DNA from: Geosiphon pyriformis uo1
Lineage: Eukaryota > Fungi > Glomeromycota
Assembly: GCA_016748015.1 (NCBI GenBank)
Contig: JAAOMT010000607.1
Location: 620,001 to 684,000 of the forward strand
Reading direction: 5' to 3'
DNA length: 64,000 nt
Part shown: positions 26,233-39,911 of the stretch, piece by piece
How positions within the stretch are numbered: the stretch's first letter is position 1
Layout of the letters: each line of letters opens with the position of its first letter
Translations under genes and position numbers: made by a program
Notes under the pieces: generated by a model
What the model was told of the DNA's origin: nothing
Database searches by the model: none
The model's input: only the letters and a program-made list of their open reading frames with translations

Positions 26233-26741
26233 ATATTTACAGTTTAGTTTTTTAATATTATTAAAATTAAAAGATTAGATATAATTTAAAATTATATAAA
26301 TTGTTTGATAACTATAAATAGTTTGCATTATAACAGCAGCAATATTTACATCTTTTATCATAATTAGAAAAACAATTAAGAAAATTTTGTTCATAAATAA
26401 CAACTTGTTATATAGAAAACAATTGAAATTCTATGATTACCTTGGTGAAATTATAAAAGATATGAAGCTTATGAAGAAAACAACTTTAGAGATACAAGTA
26501 AAAATTTTGGGCATTATATGATTAAATGTTTCAAAAGTTTTGACTATTGCTAAAAGAATCAAAACTCTTATACAAAAATTTGGTCTCTTAAATACAAAAC
26601 TTATTTCACTTTAGATATTATATATCTTATTTACAAAAAATTTCAACAAACTAGTAAGTTTTGAATTAGATAAAATTTTTCAATTAAATTATCTTATAAA
26701 TAACTTGATTTTACCAAAACTCAATTTTTTTGGAGAGAATA

Positions 26742-27408
26742 ATTTTATTATTAAAAACCATAGTTTTTATTAGCTATTACATATATTAGCTACTAATATT
26801 AAATAATTAGCCACTTTATTTTTAGATAGTAATTAATAATCTGATTATTAACTTAACTATTGATCTAAGTATTAATCTGATCAATAATTTAATTAATAAT
26901 CTTATTATTAACCATTTTTAATAGTTATATAAACAATAAATCTCTTAATTATAAAAAAATAGGATCAAAGTAACAAAATAAAATCTACTATTAATTCTTC
27001 TTTTTATATTGCTTATTCTTTTTTTTCTATTTTCAAGTATTTGAACATCTTGGAACAAAAGATTATTTGTTGATTTTTATATATTTTATCTTTTTTTTTC
27101 TTGATTTGTATTGTTAAAATTAGCCTAAAAAGTAATTGTTTGCTTTTGTAATTCTTTAAATAAAGAAACAATTAAAAAGCACAACAATACTTGTTATTAA
27201 TTCTAAAAATTGTTAAGTTGAAACATAGAATAATAGCAGTAATATTATTTTGTTGACAATTACAAACTATTTTTCTACTTTTAAATTTCCAGAAAATATT
27301 TACAACTGTAATTTTTATAAGACTGATCACACATATTGAATTCTTATTTATTATCTTACAATCCTGTTTTCTTTGCTATTTATTAGTTTGTTACTCCAAC
27401 TCATAATA
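26742..27408 (+). repeat. More degraded relative of the 25564-26232 LTR
   Basis: Colinear similarity: TTTTTAATAGTTATATAA, TTCAAGTAT.TRAACATCTT, GACTGATC..AC.ATTGAAT and TATTAGTTTGTTACT.CAAC. Confidence 0.75.
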
Positions 27409-28162
27409 ATATATTAAAATTATATAAACTGGAATTATTATAAATTTTTTCAATTTTATGTATAAAATAACAGTAAAATTATATTTGTAAAATAAATTTT
27501 AAATTTTAATTAAACTGTTTAAATTTTGGTAAACTTTAAAATTTAAAATAATATATAATTTACATATAATATTTAATTATATTTGCTAATTAATTATTAT
27601 AATTAATTTAAAAATTAATAATTAAATAACTAAATTAAATACATGGGTAATTAAATAATTAAATAACAAATAAGTAAATAATAAAAAATTATATGTTTTT
27701 AATGGTTTTAAAATTAAATTTTAATTAATAATGCTGTCAAATAAATAACTTGGTCTTAATACTTAATGCAACTTCTAAAATCTATTTATCAGCTGTTGTC
27801 TGGTTTTGTTAAATTCAAATTAGGTTTAAAAAACAGTCTTAAGCTGTTTTGTGTAAAATTGGTATTTCAGGTTTTCTTGGATGTTATCATTAAAGTTGAA
27901 TTTGCTAATTTTCTTTTTTAACCATACTTAATATTGTGAAATCTGTTGTGATTGCTGATTTTGTTTGCTGCTATTGGTTTTCATAATATTTTTAATATAG
28001 CTATTATACCCGAAGAGATAGATCTTTAAGTGTTTAGAAAAAAGGAAGAAATCTATCCACAACTCTGATGATAAATAACACGAGATCAATCATCGAAAAC
28101 TTATTAATCGCGGGAATTCCAAAACGTCATTTCTTTGATGGAGCCACTTCTTGTGAATCTCT

Positions 28163-31100
28163 TCAAATAGTACAATATTTCTTCAAAAGTATCTGTGCAA
28201 GCCCAGGGGATCCACTTTGGATATATATAATGGAAAGATTATATGCTGCCTCTCTCTTGAGGTCTGTGTAATCATCCTTATTAGTCTCTTGGGAAGGGTC
28301 GATCCCTTCAGATGATTCCTAAAAAGAGTCTCTCCCCATTCAGACATTAGTAAATGGTCGGGTTAAAGAATACAAGAATAAAACATAACACAAATCACAT
28401 GCCTTGTCTCTTTGTTGCCTTAATTGTTCTTTCAAAGAGGGTAATTCGAGAACTTTTTTATAGTAACTCACCGCCATATGATACAAACCTTGTTGAAAAA
28501 TAAATAATGAGTTGATTATAATAGGATGAAAGAAATTCAACCAAAATGTTAAATACCTAATTGATGATATGCTCGTCCTAGATTATACTCTGCTTCTTGA
28601 CTTCCAGTTTGTAAGTCGTAGTATTTCAATAAGAAGTTGAATCCCTAATGAGAAATGCACCGCCATATACGAGATGTTGATAATAAAGATTTTAATTGAA
28701 ATTCATATTGATCGTTAACTCACCTGTATAATTTGCACTTGCCTATTATCAGTTTGTCGTTGCATTGAACGATGAAGATAGGCAACTCCTAAACATAAGT
28801 TAACCAAAGGATCTTTTGGTGCGAGCTCATAAGACTGCAAATAATATGCTATCACATTGATAGATTGATGTAAATTATGGGAACGAAAAATAAATAAACT
28901 TATTTGATTCGATTCTACCAATTACCAATTGCGGAGACATAACTCCTGGCGCAAGCTAAAATATGACCATAAAGTGTCAGTAATGCCACATTTTTTCTCG
29001 AAGGGGTAAAGCTTGACGGATGAAGGTCGCTATGATCAATAGCATCAGGTTTGGCCTGGCTCATAACTCGGGCCTCAATAACCTCGTGCATTGATTTGAT
29101 CTGTCGGATAAAATACTTTTGAGAATTAGCTGCAGCATAATAGCCTACAGCGTCAGTGCCGCTTTTGGCAAAAGATTATTAGATCATATTTCGACAATTA
29201 GGAGGAATTTATTCAAATGTAAAAAAAAAAGGTATACCTTGTCATAGATGCACAATAAACTAGATATGGATTGGATCGAAATTGACTCTGAGTACAAAGC
29301 CACCTCGCAGTTTCACAAACAACCTCGTAATCATTACCGTAAAGGCCACAAGCTTAAAAAGATATGCGAGATTAGGTAAAACACCAGAATACAACAAGAA
29401 ATCAGACTCGAAAATACCCATTAGTATCATTTTAAGAATAAATCTCTGGCCTTCATTATGGAAAAAGACATTTGCAGCACAGGCTGCTTTGAGAACGGAA
29501 TAGGCTTCTTTTTCAAAGCCATTTGTCACAGCTGTAATGCTGTACTGTTGAAATACAATATGAAAAACAGTCATAATTCATGATCAAAATAAACTTTATA
29601 TAATTTTGAGTACCTTGATAAAGAATTCAAACCATTCTTCAAAAGATTTTCCACGAAAATGTGTGCATTGTACAGTCGATTCTGGCGCAGCATTTGGTTC
29701 CAAAGAACCATCTGATGAAATTATGATTCAGAGGTTTTTTTAATGATAATTCAAAATAGATAATTCAAAAAAGTTCATGGTATTAACAAACCTATTTGCT
29801 GTTTCAATCTCTTTTCCATACTCTTGGCAGCCTCTTCAAGATCAGCTTCAGCAGCCTCATCAGTATCAGTTCCTTGTTTTCGTCGGCGCCCTCTTCGATT
29901 ATAAAGACCCGTGAATCGTTTCATCTAATTAATAAAATGTGAGAGGCTTGAAGGTTATTTAGGAAATACAAATAACCACGGAGCTAAATATTCTATTACC
30001 TTATCTTTAGGATAGAAAGCCTTTGTGCTCGTCCAATCTTCGATTAAAATTTTGGCGGTTTTGATGAACTCCCGACAAGTATCGCGATCTCCGGCAGATA
30101 AACGCGAACTTAAAAGATCAAGCTTATGAAAGAGCGCTAAAGCTTCCTTCTCCTTCTCAGCTTCTTTTGCTTGGCGGACTTCCTGAGCCTTCGCTTGCGC
30201 AATTTCTCTGTATTCAAGACGCTTTTTGATTATAGAAATACTTCCATTATCAGACGCTTCTGCTGAACTGTTTGCAATTTCAAGGGTATCAGCATCTTCG
30301 ACTAAATTTGGATCTTCATTTTGTCTTTCTTTGGCAGTGAAAGAATCTGCTATCGCGTTCGCTATAGCAAGACGACGTGCTTCCCGAATGCTTAGGACTA
30401 TTTGTGGCAGAGCATGTATCGAAAGATTTAGTTAGGTAATGAAAGAATTTACTTGGTATGATCAGATTCTAAAAGCATACCCTCGTTTACAGTCTCTAAT
30501 GCCTTTTGAGTTTCACCCATCTCCTCGTAAACTTCTGCAAGGGCCATTTTAACATCAAGACTTTCAGGAGCCTTTTGAATAGCTATGTTCGAAAGTGGAA
30601 GATATTAAAAAATCAAAATATGCTGCTATGGGGATCATCAAAATGATACTTTACCAAATATAAAGTATTCAGCGGCCAGATCAAAATTCCCCATTTCTCG
30701 GTGACACAATCCCATTTGAGACCATGCTATTGGACTTTCGGTCTAAAATTAAGGGTTTAAAGAAATGTTTGATTATTAGATCAAAGATCACTAATTTAAT
30801 GTATGAACCCACGTTTACCGATTCATGTGAAGTTATCAACTCATATATATTCAGTGCATCGTTATATAAGCATTTTTCAAAAAATGTTTCGCCAACTTCG
30901 TAATATAAGTCCACATATGAACCTACGGAATATTCAAACAGTGAATTGATGTGAAGCTAAAGTTGAAAAAAAAAACAAATGGCTATTTGAATGTCTGTTA
31001 AGGCGAGAGGTGAAGATCAACAATTTACATGTACATTGTACAGACCCTTCCTTCGTCAATTTGATCCAGCAGCAATCTGCATTGACCCAATTTAACTCTT

Positions 31101-32879
31101 AGCTCCAAAGGCAAGGTAACAGTTGATCCGCCCATCTGGCTTTTTACATGTTGATGATATCGGCCTCGAACATTAACCTTTCGTCTATTAAACTCGTTAT
31201 CTTCATCGTATTCACGATCATCGTTGACCGGATCCCACCAAGTTTCCTTCTCTCTCCCCTGTAACCATCGGACGGAGCGCCTTATACAATGAATAGCATA
31301 ATCATATTTGTCAGCGGAAATATAAAGTTCTGCCATAATATTTATATCCGAATATCCGAAAATGGAACCGCGATGGGAGATTTTTTGGGACATGTTTTTA
31401 TAGTACTCAAATGTTTCCTGATATAATTTGATAGCATTTTCGACCTCGTTTAGTTTTGTGAGAGCTCTTGTAATTTCTCTGATGATATTCATATCATGAG
31501 GCCTCATCTCGAGTAGACGGCGAAACCCCTCGAGCGCCTATAGAAATAATTTTAGTAATGGGTAAATAATTTACCAAATGAGTTTCCATAATACCTTTTT
31601 GTTATCGTCCGCTTGTGCAAATAAAATTGAGCGATCCCAAATAGTATCAACATCTGTAGGATCGAGCCGCAAGGCTTGGGAAAAGCAATAAATGGCTTGA
31701 TGTATTGAATTGTGTTTTCTGCGAGGAATTCAACCAGGCAAAGACTATGTTAATAAAAATTGAGGAAATATAATTCAAGTTTGATCAAGTCTATATTCAA
31801 ACTAACTTGCTAAGTAACCCTAATCTCTTCCATTCTGCAATATCTTTGGGTGTTAAATGGGCAGCCACCAAATGAAGTTGAATTGCCTTCTCATGATTAC
31901 CCAATTCTTCTTGTATCATACCAAGGGTCCACCAGGCACCATGTACATAAGCATTCTTTTGTAGAACTTCCTGTAAAACTTCGACGGCCGAAGGAAGATC
32001 CTGTTCGATGTAGTAAGAATTAGCGGCACTCAACAAATGATTAATTTCTGGGGAGTACGATTTCTTCTTTCGTCCTTTCTGTAAGGAACCCAAATTATTA
32101 TTAGAAAAAGAGAGAAGAAATAAAATTCAGAAAGAATCAAATAAAAGTTGATACCTTTTTTTTAACAGGTATTCCATTCACACGAGTCATCGTAAGCTCA
32201 TCGGTAAACTGATCCCATCCTTCATCCATATTAATCTTATCCCAAACATGAGGATCACCAGCATTTTCCGCAAGGTCAATTCCAATTTCTTTGGCCTTTG
32301 ATAAAAGTCGACTTCAAAATTTATCAAATTTGAGTAAGAGCTGACACAGAAGAAAGCAATAGTAGGATTAATGAATTATTCCTACTTAAAGCCATCGTGG
32401 GATTCCTCTCCATCATCATCATCCTCCTCCTCCTCCTCCTCCTCCTCTTCGGAATTGCCTTCCCCATTGACATCCAAAGCATATTTATAATTGCTAGTTT
32501 GACTTGGATTAAAAGATTGTTGGTGAGGTACATTGCTTGCATTTTCTTTGTCGTTAAAGACCTTTTCAGTAAATTCAATTCCATCATTTTTGGAATTTTC
32601 TTGGCCAAAAAAAACCTCTTCATTAAATTCTAAATCATCTGGCTCCAAATCGCTTTCAATTGAATTAACATCTTCGAATGAATGGAGCAATTCTCCTGTA
32701 ATGTCAAATTGGGAAGCTGGTTCAACAAATGTTGGGAGATACGGGGGAAAATGAGTGTTGATTTGACTTCTAGAATTATGTATAGATGGGTGAAGAAGAT
32801 CAGCTATCCCCAGTATGTTTTCGTCATTAAGTAAGGCAGTGAAATTCTGAGGGATTGTGGCTCCATTGTTTTCTGTCAT
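28163..32879 (-). CDS. TFC4: Transcription factor IIIC subunit tau131 (Tfc4/GTF3C3), multi-exon TPR protein
   Basis: Acidic N-terminus, TPR arrays (AWWTLGMIQEELGN...AAHLTPKD..EWKRLG; LPLELRVKLGQCRL), LGVAYLHRSMQRQTDNR, and C-terminus DLKREAAYNLSIIY..SG...LAQ.LLKKYCTI*. Many short introns, almost all GT-AG. Confidence 0.93.
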
Positions 32880-33056
32880 TTCAAGACTCGCAGTGTTCAA
32901 AAGATCCGAATTAATGAGAATCAAGAATGTTTAGATCCATGAATGAGATTTAAAAGATAAGATATCATAAAATTAAATCTAATTTATAGCATAGGAAACT
33001 TGGAGACAGGTAAGGAAAGTTCACTGATTCTTTTTCAACTGCATACTTACTAAAAA
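32880..33056. promoter_or_regulatory. Compact bidirectional promoter/5' UTR region
   Basis: Only 177 bp separate the divergent ATGs of the two host genes. Confidence 0.6.
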
Positions 33057-34167
33057 ATGACCTGGTCAATAGCAAAAGTAACACGAGGGATGGAATTAGC
33101 CTGGCAAGGCTCTCTCCTTGCCTTTGAAAACCGTCGTTTCTACAAGCACTCTTACGTTCGCGTTTTTTTATGGCTAGCAGCATTTTCAGTCGCTTTATAT
33201 ATGCTAAGCATAACAGTTTTAACTCTCCCTTTCTACATTCTTCGTCTATTTGTCTTAATAATTTCATCTATATTTCGTCGTGATTTTCAACATTTCACCT
33301 CGAAAAATAACTATTTTCTTACTAATTGGGTTTTCAATTTACCGTTTCTTGGTTTACTTTTTATGAGATATGTGTATCCACAACCACTAGACTCATTGTT
33401 CATTGAATCACTCCGACAAATCGATTTAGTCTATATCAAAAAACATTCAGAAAGTGATGTTGACGCGGATGGTAAAATAATAGAATTACGACCACCATAC
33501 GCAACCGCTCTAGAAAAATACGACGTATCAATACAATATTGGAAAGAAATGAATGCATACCTTAAACGAACTCTCCGTGATTTAAAATGGACTGCACTAT
33601 TATATCTGTGCTCATTTATCCCGATTCTTGGGACATTTGTTTACCCATTAGCAAGTGGATACGCTTTAGTCCGCTCTTTGGGACTAACCTCCGCCACGAC
33701 AGTTGGTATCCTAATATATATCATACCGGGAACAAAAAAGTTGGCAATTTTATTCCTTGAGACATTATTTGCTTCACGTATGTTAACGCGTGAATTATTG
33801 GAACCGTATTTCGCGCGGCTACAATTTGATCGTGAGACGAAAAGACGTTGGTTTGCGGAGAGAGAAGCGATCCTGTTCGGTTTTTCGATTGCTTTTTATT
33901 TTTTTATAAGGATCCCTATTATTGGAATGTTTTTCTTTGGTGTGGCGCAGGTAAGCTGAAGATCTGCCCAGTTAATGAAATTTCTTTAAAGATTTTTTTC
34001 TGATTGGTTTCTTCCAGGCCGCTGCTGCTTTATTACTGGTCAAAACAACAGAGCCACCACCACCACCAGGTTCCGAAACAGAATATGTTCAGGATATCAA
34101 GTACAAAGATAATAGATTGAAAAAGAAACCATATAAAGATTTCACACAGCTCGAGGAGAAAAAATAG
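33057..34167 (+). CDS. EI24-domain / UsgS-like multi-pass membrane protein (exons 33057-33950 and 34018-34167, ~347 aa)
   Basis: Several hydrophobic helices; motif SRMLTRELLEPYFARL...WF..RE..LFGF; intron CAG|GTAAGC...TTCCAG|GCC; exon 2 reads AAAALLLVKTTEPPPPP. Confidence 0.8.
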
Positions 34168-34346
34168 TAGTTGACTTTTCTTTGGGTATAAGAACCACAA
34201 AACGCTATGGTGGCCTATGAACATTAAACTTTGAGGAATTTGCTAATGTATATAAAATACTAAATAAAATATATTATTATTTTAAAATTTTACCAATATA
34301 AAAAAAACTTGATTGTATATATTGTGTAAATAAAATAATTATCAAC

Positions 34347-34560
34347 TTTTTTTAATGCTATACCAAAGTGTTGGGCCTACGAACATGTGCTTTCTATACG
34401 TGACCAGCCACCCGGACTTATGTCAAGACTACACTATGCTACAGCATAAAAGGCAAACAGCCCTAATTTCCTCATCCTAATTTAGTTTCACAAACGAATT
34501 CACTCAAATTTTCTCAATACTCGACTTAATAACAGGATCAAAATAGATGCTATTAGCAGC
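34347..34560 (-). mobile_element. 3' terminus of another non-LTR-type element with a shortened conserved tail
   Basis: The reverse complement reads TAGTGTAGTCTTGACATAAGTCCGGGTGGCTGGTCACGTATAGAAAGCACATG...then an A tract. The upstream sequence does not resemble the ORF2 C-termini in this window. Confidence 0.7.
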
Positions 34561-35919
34561 AAAAGGTTTCTTTATAGCAGAAAACTTTATAAATTAAAAA
34601 TAATAATTTTTAAAGTTTTTGTAACATTAGAATACGAAATATTCTAAATTTTAATAAAAAATTGTTTTATTAGAATATAAATTTTGAAATAGATAAAATT
34701 GTGGTAGAATTATACATTTTTTGATTTTTTTTAATAATATAGCATTTTTTAAAACCAGATAATTATCTTTAATATTTTTAAAAATTATTCAAATTTATTT
34801 ACTAATATATTATAAATTAGTTTCTTTAATTTAACAAAATTTGATCTTTCAAGCAAAAATAAAAACATTATGTTTTTTTTTGATTTATAATAAATTTATA
34901 ATATGTTTAATAAATGAAATATATATGTGAAATATTAAGTTGTTTTGTTGTACTATTATAATTATTTAAACATATATTTTGGTTAAAAAAATAATGTTTA
35001 CAAATATTTAAGTCAAAAATTAATATTTACACGATTCATATTTAATATGTAACATAAAAATAGTTAATAATATTAATTAAATAATACATAATTTTTTTAT
35101 ATATAATAAATATGATTTAACTATTACTTAAAACCATACAATAAAAAATTATTATATAAAAGACATAATTTATGTGTTTATTATATATAACTAGCCATTT
35201 AAACCAGTTAAGATTACATTAAATATTTATTTTATTATTTAATATTAAAAAATTTATCTTAATAAAACAAAACTAAAATTTAAGACAAAACAACAATACT
35301 TTTTGTAATAAAAAACCAAAAAAAAACCTAAAACAAAATCAATTAAACAAATATTATTACATATTTATTAAAATTAAACAAATTAATAATATTAAACATT
35401 GTAAAATTTTTATTAACTAAATCATATTTTTTATATATTATTTTAAATTTAAAATTGAATATTTAAATTTTTTTTCATAATTTTTAATCCAATTTTAAAC
35501 AAAAACAATAATTTTTAAATAATATTAACTTAAGATTTTTATAATAAAAATTATCTTAATAAATTTTGTATTTAATATAAAAAAAAACATTAAATTGTTT
35601 TTTTATTTATATATTAAATATAGTTAAAAAGAATTTAATTATTGATAAATTTATTAAAAAATAACCTTTTTATATATAAATATTAATTACTAGTTTTTTA
35701 ATGTTATAATATTTGTTTTTAGCCAAAAAAAATAATATAATATATATAAATTTTATTAAAAAATTGGTTTTCTAAAATTAATATATATTAGAATTTTTTA
35801 AAATTTTTTTCTTATTATTATTAATATTTTTTAATATATATAAACCAATTAATTTACAATTTATAAAACCAAATTTAAAATATTTATTAAAATATTATAT
35901 TTATATTAAAAAAATCAAT

Positions 35920-36525
35920 CAGTTGTTGGACACTCATGCAGCAGTTTGAGGTGTGCATTCTAGTTTAATTCATTCTTCTTCAGATGTCTTGCAGCTGATG
36001 TTTACTTGTGTATCTAACATTTCAGTTAGTACTGCTCTATGTAAAGGTTTTGTTTTCAAGGATTGGTTTTGTGAATTTGTTTCTGTCTTCAAGGATTCTA
36101 GGATAGCGGGTCAAAACATTGTGGCCTTTGTGCATGAGTTTAGCTTGACTTTTTGAGAAGACATTTGGTTGGTTCGTGCCAAGCACTGTGCTTTTATGGA
36201 AAAGAATGAGCTTATTCTGTGCAATAAGTCAGCTCCTGTCTCAATTTTTGGGCTTTCTTTAGGGCTGTTATCTGGTGTGACTCGGCTGCTGAGTGTTGCT
36301 AAGGCGATTGGTGTTGGTTTTGAATTCTGTAAGTCTTGTTTGTTTTTTTCAGGCATAGGGGATGAGGTTTCTGTTCATATAGGTGCTTAGTGTTGTCCTA
36401 ATTGGTCCGAGTGGCTGGTCACGTGTAGATAATGCATGATTCACACCTAGTTTAGATCATTTGTATAATGTATTGCACTAGGCAGTGTTTGAACTTCGCT
36501 CGTTAAATGTTAATAAAAAAAAAAA
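35920..36525 (+). mobile_element. 5'-truncated LINE insertion (ORF2 C-terminus, 3' UTR, poly(A))
   Basis: KGFVFKDWF...FFSGIGDEVSVHIGA*; conserved tail; TSD AAAAAAATCAAT on both sides. Confidence 0.92.
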
Positions 36526-37967
36526 TCAATTAATATTTTTTATTATATTATAATTAATAAACTTAAATACACAAAACAATTTTCACAAAACATTATTTAT
36601 AAACTTATAAAGTAATTTAATTACATGTTAAATATTCTTAAATATTATAATATTATAAGCTTTAATAAATTGATTTTTTATTTGCATTAATAAAATCAAA
36701 GTTAATTTTACATAATTCTTATTTAATAATCTTATTATTAATAACTTTAAAAAAATTTTAAATTTTAAATTACATAATACAAAAATTTTTTTCTTAAATA
36801 TTTATTATAATAACTTAAAATATTTAATAGTATTTCTAATTAATAAATATTTAAAACAGCTTGACTATTTAAAAACAATTTGACAATACTATTAGTTAAA
36901 ACAATATTCAAAATTAAAATAATTATTTAAATTTTTATTATAATAAAAAATAACAAATTAATAATTTTAATATTTAATTCAAAATTTAAATTAAAAAAAG
37001 AAGTTATAATATTATCTATAATTTTAAAAATATTAATACTTTTTAATAAAATAAAAATATATAACAAATTATATTAAACAAAACTTTTTCAGTTTTTACC
37101 AAATTAAAAAAATTTTAAATATTATTATTACAAAAATTCATAACCAAAAAACCAAATAATACATAAATATTTTTAATATTATGTTTTAGAAATCCAATTA
37201 TTTTATTAAATTAACAAATATTAATTTATATAAATCAAGTTTTTTTTAATAATAAAAAGTTTTTTAATTAAAAACTGATTTTTTTTGTTTATAAACTGGT
37301 TAATAAATATTAAACCAAATTGTTTTAAAGATATTACAACCAAAAAATAATCAATTTTTCTTAAAATTTTAAACAAAAACATCAATAATAATATAAATTT
37401 TTTTTTGATATATTAATTAATAATATTTTTAATTTAACTATAATTAATTTTTTAAATTAATTCTAATTGTATAATAATAATAATATAATAAAAGTTTTTG
37501 TTAATATTATAATGTAAACTTTTTTTTAAATCTTAATTGTTTTTAAAAACTAATTTAAAATATATTTATTATTATTAAAACTTTTTTTGAAATTATTTTT
37601 ATAATTGTTTAAAGTATTTTAATATATAAACATAAAATATTAATGGTTTTTTTGTATTTTTTTTAAATTTAACAATAAAGTTTTGATTAATTAATAATAA
37701 TATAAATAATTTTTTTTAAAAATTATGAATTTAAAAAATTCAATTGCTAAATAATAGTTTTATTTAATAAATAGATATAAATAAGTTTTTTAATAATTTT
37801 ATTAAAATAATTAGTACAAAAAAAAAAAAAAATTCTATATATCTTTTCTCTTGTCGATCTCCTGGCCACTGTGAAAGCAAGAGAATTTTTAGGAAAAATC
37901 ACTTTACTTTATTCCTTTACCCTTTGTTCATCAAGTTATTTCTTCTACTATATCTCTATTTGTCATA

Positions 37968-39911
37968 ATGGAACTAGTGGGCTCTTCTGCTGGTGGTTCT
38001 GGCTCAGTTTCGGCTGGTTTGAGGACCCACCAGAGTGCGAAGAAGAAGCGCATAGATACGGTCTACTCTTGGAGTACATTCTACAAAAAGCCAAAGAAGC
38101 CTGCTGCTGGTAATGTGGTTGACTCATCTGCTGGATCGCTGAACCTGGAGGATATTAGTGGTGCTGGTGCCAAGCCTGTGGTGTCCTGGAGCAGTGAGAT
38201 TGGCAGTGTTGCTAGTAGTGTCAGTGGTCTCTCAGATGTTGAAAATATAGCGAACACGGTGGCCGAAGAAACCAGCTATGTGGAATCAGGTGAGGATGAT
38301 GGCATGGATAAAAATATGCCAAAGAAGACTCATACTCAAACGTACGTGCTGGGCAACTCACCAAAACAATCTTTGTTCGACCATATAAGTAATAACGACA
38401 ATGCGCTGGAGCTTCCTTTCCCTATAGTTGATGGTGCCAATCAGGTGCCGCATATCAGGTCACATGCCCTGGAAAAAAGAAATTTCGAGCCAGTAAAATT
38501 TTTCGCATTGGATATTGAGGTTTTGGCAGTGTCTGGGAAGACAAATGTTGATAAGTTGATGACAGTTAAAAAAATTTTTTATTGAATTGATGAATTTGGG
38601 GGAGCTTCAACTCCCTCAAAATTTCCAGGAATAATAAAATTATTATTTACATCTGAAAAAAGTTTAATTAAGGCAAGGGAATTGGCAATTAGTGAGAAGA
38701 TTTTGGTAAATAATAATCTAAGTAAAGTAAACAGACGTTCAGATCAGGAAGTGATTGTCAAGGAAATCCTAATGGATCTTTCCAAATCGGCAGTAGTTTT
38801 GGCATTTTCTAAATTTGGCAAAATTGTTTTAATTAAAATGCAGCTGATTGGTCTTTGACAAAAGGCCCTGATTGAGTTTGAGTTATCTGAAGTAGCTAGT
38901 CTGGTTGCATTCAAATAGTCAGTCTTCATGAGAAAAGATTCAGTGCATGTAGCTTTGGCAGTCAGTGATAAACAAATATGGATATCAAGAGATCAGCATC
39001 GGGCTTTGCTTTATACTCTTTCAATTGGCATTACTGTCCATAATTTGTCAGAATTGGTAGAGGCTTATGGCAGAAAAACATGTTTTATTGGCCATAATTC
39101 AACTTCGTATGTTCGTGATCAGTGTGCTGTATTTTGTTTTGAGAGTGAGGCATCCAAGTTGGCTGCTGTTGGTTCGGTTCCGGTCTTCAAGGGTGTAAGT
39201 TTGTGTTGGGCTGGTCTCTTTTTGGCCTGTTGCACAGTGTGTAAACAATTCAGTCATGTTTCTGATGTTTGTTCTATGAGTGAAAACTCTGGTGCTTGCA
39301 GTAAGTGGGTGGTGACTTCTCAGGATTAGGTTCATTTGGCTGATATATATAAGAGAAAGCAGGCTCCTATTGCTCACTCAGTTTTCTTCAGTGGCAAAAC
39401 ATGGGCCCAAGTTGCTGGTGGCCCCCCCTTTTGTGTGGTTTTTTCAGGTCCTTCTGATGTTGGTACAAATTTTGGTGTGGGAGCTGTCTTAGCAGAATCT
39501 TTTCTTTTAGATATCTCTGGTTTGTACAATTAGGTGGCATCTTTGGAACGCTCTTTGAAGCTTTTGACAGACCAAGTTTCTACCATTGTGAAAAAGCTGA
39601 GCTGTATTGAAATGGTGTCTTCGGAGTCTTCTTCTCATGCCTCTCCTCCTGTTGTGTCTGCTTCTCTGACCTTGTGCATGGATTTGGATATGGCATTGGA
39701 TGTTCTATTGACAACATCTCCTTCTCTTTGTCCGGCTGTTGATGATGCTACTTCTGATTTTGGTTTCAGTAATTCGAAGGTTCTGACTGCCAAGGTTGGT
39801 GGTTTGGAGTCAAAGTTGATGGCTTTGAATGCATCAGTCAGCTCGGTTTTGGCAAGATTGGATATGTTGTGTTCTGGTTTGGGTTCTTTGGTTTTCTCAT
39901 CTTCTCAATGA
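37968..39911 (+). pseudogene. LINE A ORF1 (RRM-like, CCHC, coiled coil)
   Basis: In-frame ORF pieces separated by point stops; knuckle CTVCKQFSHVSDVC. Confidence 0.9.

Noticed and set aside
25564-27408. Two related LTRs ~510 bp apart as a TRIM or mini-retrotransposon
   Set aside because: The first LTR has its own ATAT TSD, no PBS follows it, and the second copy is much more decayed. Independent insertions are more likely.
29163-29238. Possible U12 intron in TFC4 (donor GTATACCTTT)
   Set aside because: It does not match RTATCCTT, and no clear TCCTTAAC branch site is seen.
32408-32450. (TCC)n/(TCA)n microsatellite and the overlapping poly-Arg and poly-Leu ORFs
   Set aside because: This is the coding poly-Glu/Asp tract of TFC4; the other frames are shadows.
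36391-36525. LINE tail as a known self-cleaving ribozyme or tRNA
   Set aside because: No hammerhead CTGATGA/GAAA core, no HDV or pistol consensus recognisable by eye, and no tRNA A/B boxes.
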